A stretch of DNA of 64,000 bases, taken from an uncultured bacterium (GTDB taxonomy: Bacteria; Omnitrophota; Gorgyraeia; Duberdicusellales; CBEUCJ01). Below, piece after piece: positions 61,396 to 64,000 of the stretch. The stretch lies in assembly GCA_965541615.1 (NCBI GenBank), contig CBEUCJ010000004.1, forward strand, positions 91,071-155,070, in the 5' to 3' direction. A program made the translations under genes and the position numbers. Numbering within the stretch: position 1 is the stretch's first letter; each line of letters opens with the position of its first letter. The notes beneath the pieces were generated by a model. The model worked only from the letters and a program-made list of their open reading frames with translations, ran no database searches and was not told the DNA's origin.

Positions 61396-62057
61396 AAGCA
61401 TTCTGTTTGGAAATGTCAAATTCTAAAAATTTAGTTTTAGCATTTAAGAACGATGATTCAGAATATTTTGTAGAGTTAAAGACTCAAATCTATAAATCAG
61501 AGATTGTATGGGATTTGGTAAAGGAAGGTTTTGAGAGAATAAATTTAGTGCCTTCTGATTTAGATTTTATAGGAACAGGTTTAGGGCCAGGTTCTTTTAC
61601 AGGCTTAAGAGTAGGTTTAAGCATAATAAAAGGGATAGCTTTAAGTTTAAATATTCCTGTAGTAGGTGTTAGCAGTTTTGATCTGTTAGCTAAAGGTGTT
61701 TTTTTTAATGGGAGACTGTGTATTCTTTTTGATGCTAAGAAAGGATTGTTTTACACAGCTATTTATACTAAAGATTTTAAATTAAGGAAAGTATTAAAAG
61801 AGTCTTTAAAAACTTTAGATGATTTAAAAAAGATCTTGGAACCTGGAATTTTTATTTTAGGTGATGGAGTAAAGTTATTAAATAAAAAGTTTATTAAAAG
61901 ATTTAAAGTTCTTGAAGAAGATTTTTCCTATGTAAATCCCAGAGTGCTCTTAAATGAATGCATAAATAGATTTAAAAAGAAGAGGTTTTTAAAATTAGAG
62001 AGATTAAAACCTTTGTACTTACACCCATTAGAATGTCAAGCGGCAAAAGCTTTTTAA
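61392..62057 (+). CDS. tsaB: tRNA threonylcarbamoyladenosine biosynthesis protein TsaB
   Basis: GTGLGPGSFTGLRVG is the YeaZ/TsaB motif. Confidence 0.88.
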   Translation: MKAFCLEMSNSKNLVLAFKNDDSEYFVELKTQIYKSEIVWDLVKEGFERINLVPSDLDFIGTGLGPGSFTGLRVGLSIIKGIALSLNIPVVGVSSFDLLAKGVFFNGRLCILFDAKKGLFYTAIYTKDFKLRKVLKESLKTLDDLKKILEPGIFILGDGVKLLNKKFIKRFKVLEEDFSYVNPRVLLNECINRFKKKRFLKLERLKPLYLHPLECQAAKAF

Positions 62058-63157
62058 GTTGGGCAGAGATAGATTTAAAAGCTTTAAGAGATAATTTTTT
62101 GAATTTAAGGAAGTATTTACCTCCGCAAGTAAAAATTTTAGTTACAGTAAAAAAAGATGCTTATGGACATGGAATTTTAGAGATAAGCAGAGAACTCCAA
62201 AAATTAGGCTGTGATTTTTTAGGTATAAATGGGATAGAAGAAGCTCAAATTTTAAGGAAAAATAATATAACTCTTCCCATATTGAACTTAGGATTAATTC
62301 TAGATAAATACCAGGCAGAAGAGATTTTAAGACTAAATGTATCTCAAACTGTAAGTAGCATAAAAATATGTAAAATTTTAAATGGATTAGCTTCTAAATT
62401 TAAAAAGAGACAAGCTGTGCATTTAAAAATAGATACAGGTATGAGAAGGTTAGGTATTCATATAAAAAAGTTAAAGAGTTTCTTAAAAGATTTTAAGAAA
62501 TTTGAGAATCTATATTTAGAAGGAGTCTTTACTCATTTTCCAAGTGCAGATATAGATAAAGAATTCACGTTAGCGCAGATAAGAGAGTTTAAAAAGATCA
62601 TAAAAGATATAGAAGAATCTGGTCTTCATCCTAAATTTTACCACTCTTCAAATAGTGCAGGTCTATTAAGATTTAAAAAAGCCTATTTTAATATGGTAAG
62701 ACCAGGTTTGTTAATCTATGGAATAAATCCTTTGGATAAAAAGATAGGTTTAGACTTAAAACCTGTAATGAGCGTAAAGAGCAGAGTGATCTTTGAGAGG
62801 ATAGTCAATAAAGGAGAAGGGATAAGTTATCATCAGACTTACATTGCAAAAAGGAGGATGAAAGTTTATACCATAGCTATTGGGTATGGCGATGGTTTAC
62901 CTTTTCTCTTATCGAACAGAGGCAGAGTCTTGATTAAAGATAAGTTTTATAAAATAGTAGGAAGGGTTTGTATGGATTTTATAATGTGTAAAGCTCCATT
63001 AAAAGAAAATATAAAAATAGGTCAAGAAGTAATTATTATGGGAAAGAGTATGAATAAAGAGATAAGATGCCAAGATATAGCAAAGTTAGCACAAACTATT
63101 CCTTATGAGATCTTATGTAGGTTTGGAAGTTCTCTTAAAAGGAAATACATAAAATAA
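62033..63157 (+). CDS. alr: Alanine racemase
   Basis: PLP-Lys context VKKDAYGHG, then the C-terminal beta domain. Confidence 0.88.
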   Translation: MSSGKSFLSWAEIDLKALRDNFLNLRKYLPPQVKILVTVKKDAYGHGILEISRELQKLGCDFLGINGIEEAQILRKNNITLPILNLGLILDKYQAEEILRLNVSQTVSSIKICKILNGLASKFKKRQAVHLKIDTGMRRLGIHIKKLKSFLKDFKKFENLYLEGVFTHFPSADIDKEFTLAQIREFKKIIKDIEESGLHPKFYHSSNSAGLLRFKKAYFNMVRPGLLIYGINPLDKKIGLDLKPVMSVKSRVIFERIVNKGEGISYHQTYIAKRRMKVYTIAIGYGDGLPFLLSNRGRVLIKDKFYKIVGRVCMDFIMCKAPLKENIKIGQEVIIMGKSMNKEIRCQDIAKLAQTIPYEILCRFGSSLKRKYIK

Positions 63158-63159
63158 CT

Positions 63160-64000
63160 CTAATTGAGACTTAAAAAATTTAATATCCCCCACAAACAAG
63201 CCAAAAAAGGAAGGAGCCAACAACTTAAGAAAGGATTTAGAAAACCTGTTTTTCCCAAAGCCACACTTATGCTTAAAGCTACATAGAATACAAATGAACA
63301 CAACACACTCATTCCTAAATTTGAAAGAAGATAAGTAGTTTTTTTAATTCTCAAGAAAATCCCTAAAAAAGTAAGGTTTAAAAATATAGGTAAAAAACAT
63401 ATTACATATTTCTTATTTAACTCTGCAATTAAGTTTTTGGCTATCTCATAAGCATTTATTTTTTTAAAATACTTTATTTTTTCTTTTAATATTTTAGTAG
63501 GTAAAATTTCAAAAGGTCCACTCCTTAACATTAACTTTTGAGGAGGAGGAAGATGTAATTTTAGTTCATTGTAAAAGAAGATAGGTTTTTCAGAGGAGAA
63601 AAGATCAGAAACACTTACTTTCTTTAATATCCATTTTTTATCTTTATAGATTCCTTCTTGAGCATATATTTTTTTAAAATTATTCTGATCAAAGACTAAG
63701 ATACCTTTTGCTAAGTTTTTTTTAAGATGAAATTCACTGATTATGATTGCCTGTCCTTTTTCACTGAAATTCATGATGTCTTTAAGAACTTGTTTTTTCT
63801 GGATCTTTTGCGAGAAGATTGTAGACTTTAATTCTTTGTATTTTTTTGAGATTTCTGGTAGCCAATATTCACAAAAGTAAAGAGAAAATAAAGAGAGCAA
63901 AAAAAGAAAGATTATAATAGGAATAATTATTTTAAAATTACTAATCCCAAAGCTCCTCAAAGCTAATATTTCATTATTTTTATTTAATTCAGTTAAACAA
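63160..64000 (-). CDS. LptF/LptG-family (YjgP/YjgQ) permease, C-terminal part. The gene continues beyond the window edge.
   Basis: Multi-TM protein with a periplasmic beta-jellyroll-like middle region. The reading frame is open through nt 64000 on the - strand; the track's M at 63960 is an internal TTG. Convergent with alr. Confidence 0.7.
   Translation of the reverse strand, partial: CLTELNKNNEILALRSFGISNFKIIIPIIIFLFLLSLFSLYFCEYWLPEISKKYKELKSTIFSQKIQKKQVLKDIMNFSEKGQAIIISEFHLKKNLAKGILVFDQNNFKKIYAQEGIYKDKKWILKKVSVSDLFSSEKPIFFYNELKLHLPPPQKLMLRSGPFEILPTKILKEKIKYFKKINAYEIAKNLIAELNKKYVICFLPIFLNLTFLGIFLRIKKTTYLLSNLGMSVLCSFVFYVALSISVALGKTGFLNPFLSCWLLPFLACLWGILNFLSLN

Noticed and set aside
1-64000. 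Looked for CRISPR arrays, tandem or long inverted repeats, IS/transposase/integrase genes, phage genes, toxin-antitoxin pairs and restriction-modification genes.
   Set aside because: I found no repeated spacer-repeat periodicity and no recombinase-like ORFs. All 77 ORFs are assigned housekeeping or metabolic functions except one secreted hypothetical. The window looks like core chromosome rather than an accessory island.
1-64000. Looked for tRNA or rRNA genes in non-coding space.
   Set aside because: The largest non-coding gaps are 66 and 64 nt, too short for a tRNA. No 16S/23S/5S-like conserved stretches were seen. The 112-nt gap at 22403-22514 is filled by rpmJ.

Overview
This 64 kb window from a very AT-rich (roughly 30% GC by eye) bacterial chromosome is almost entirely coding. 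I call 77 protein genes, 76 on the + strand, with nearly every junction a 1-60 nt overlap or a gap under 20 nt. Only two intergenic stretches exceed 60 nt, 10791-10856 and 50650-50713. I found no rRNA, tRNA, CRISPR array, IS or transposase, integrase, phage gene or long repeat by eye.

Gene content, in order:
- Positions 1-25442 are an uninterrupted ribosomal superoperon. It starts with a 5'-truncated rpoB and rpoC, followed by the str operon (rpsL, rpsG, fusA, tuf). The S10 and spc operons follow (rpsJ through rplO, with no rpmD/L30), then secY, adk, map, infA, and rpmJ, which is absent from the ORF track. The alpha operon (rpsM, rpsK, rpsD, rpoA, rplQ) closes the block.
- Directly fused to rplQ is a metabolic block: an aspartate-family aminotransferase, an archaeal-type LeuC/homoaconitase large subunit, a PilT-family ATPase inserted between the dehydratase subunits, the LeuD-type small subunit, an isocitrate/homoisocitrate-type dehydrogenase, and a malate/lactate dehydrogenase.
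- Next comes a stand-alone lipoyl-like domain whose lipoyl-lysine is replaced by Asn. It is followed by a putative glycolipid cluster (UgtP/MGDG-synthase-like GT28, LpxL/PatA-family acyltransferase, GT2), then pcm, a small membrane protein and an HD-GYP phosphodiesterase.
- A second gap-free run covers lysS, a LolC/D-like transporter, ilvE, mcsA, mcsB, clpC, an unknown secreted protein, mlaE/F/D, radA, a YacL-like PIN-TRAM protein and ispD.
- After the only promoter-sized gap come pckG (GTP), ispF, cysS, tmk, holB, ricT/yaaT-like, metG, tatD, mtnA, thiL, tsaE, tsaB and alr.
- A convergent, partial LptF/G-family permease sits on the - strand at the 3' edge.

The organism looks like a streamlined, probably thermophilic diderm. 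It carries outer-membrane biogenesis genes (Lol, Lpt, Mla, LABLAT). It also carries modules usually discussed in Firmicutes (mcsAB-clpC without ctsR, radA-yacL, thiL-tsaE-tsaB, ricT).

I see no classical defence or mobile island. The most interesting candidates are:
- the non-lipoylatable lipoyl-like protein sitting next to a glycolipid GT/acyltransferase cluster;
- the leuC-pilT-leuD arrangement paired with an IDH-type rather than IPMDH-type dehydrogenase;
- a Cys4 insertion in EF-Tu and a Cys4 tail on L24;
- an uncharacterised secreted protein translationally coupled into a clpC-mla operon.

All calls rest on reading the translated ORFs against remembered family motifs; no database search was possible.
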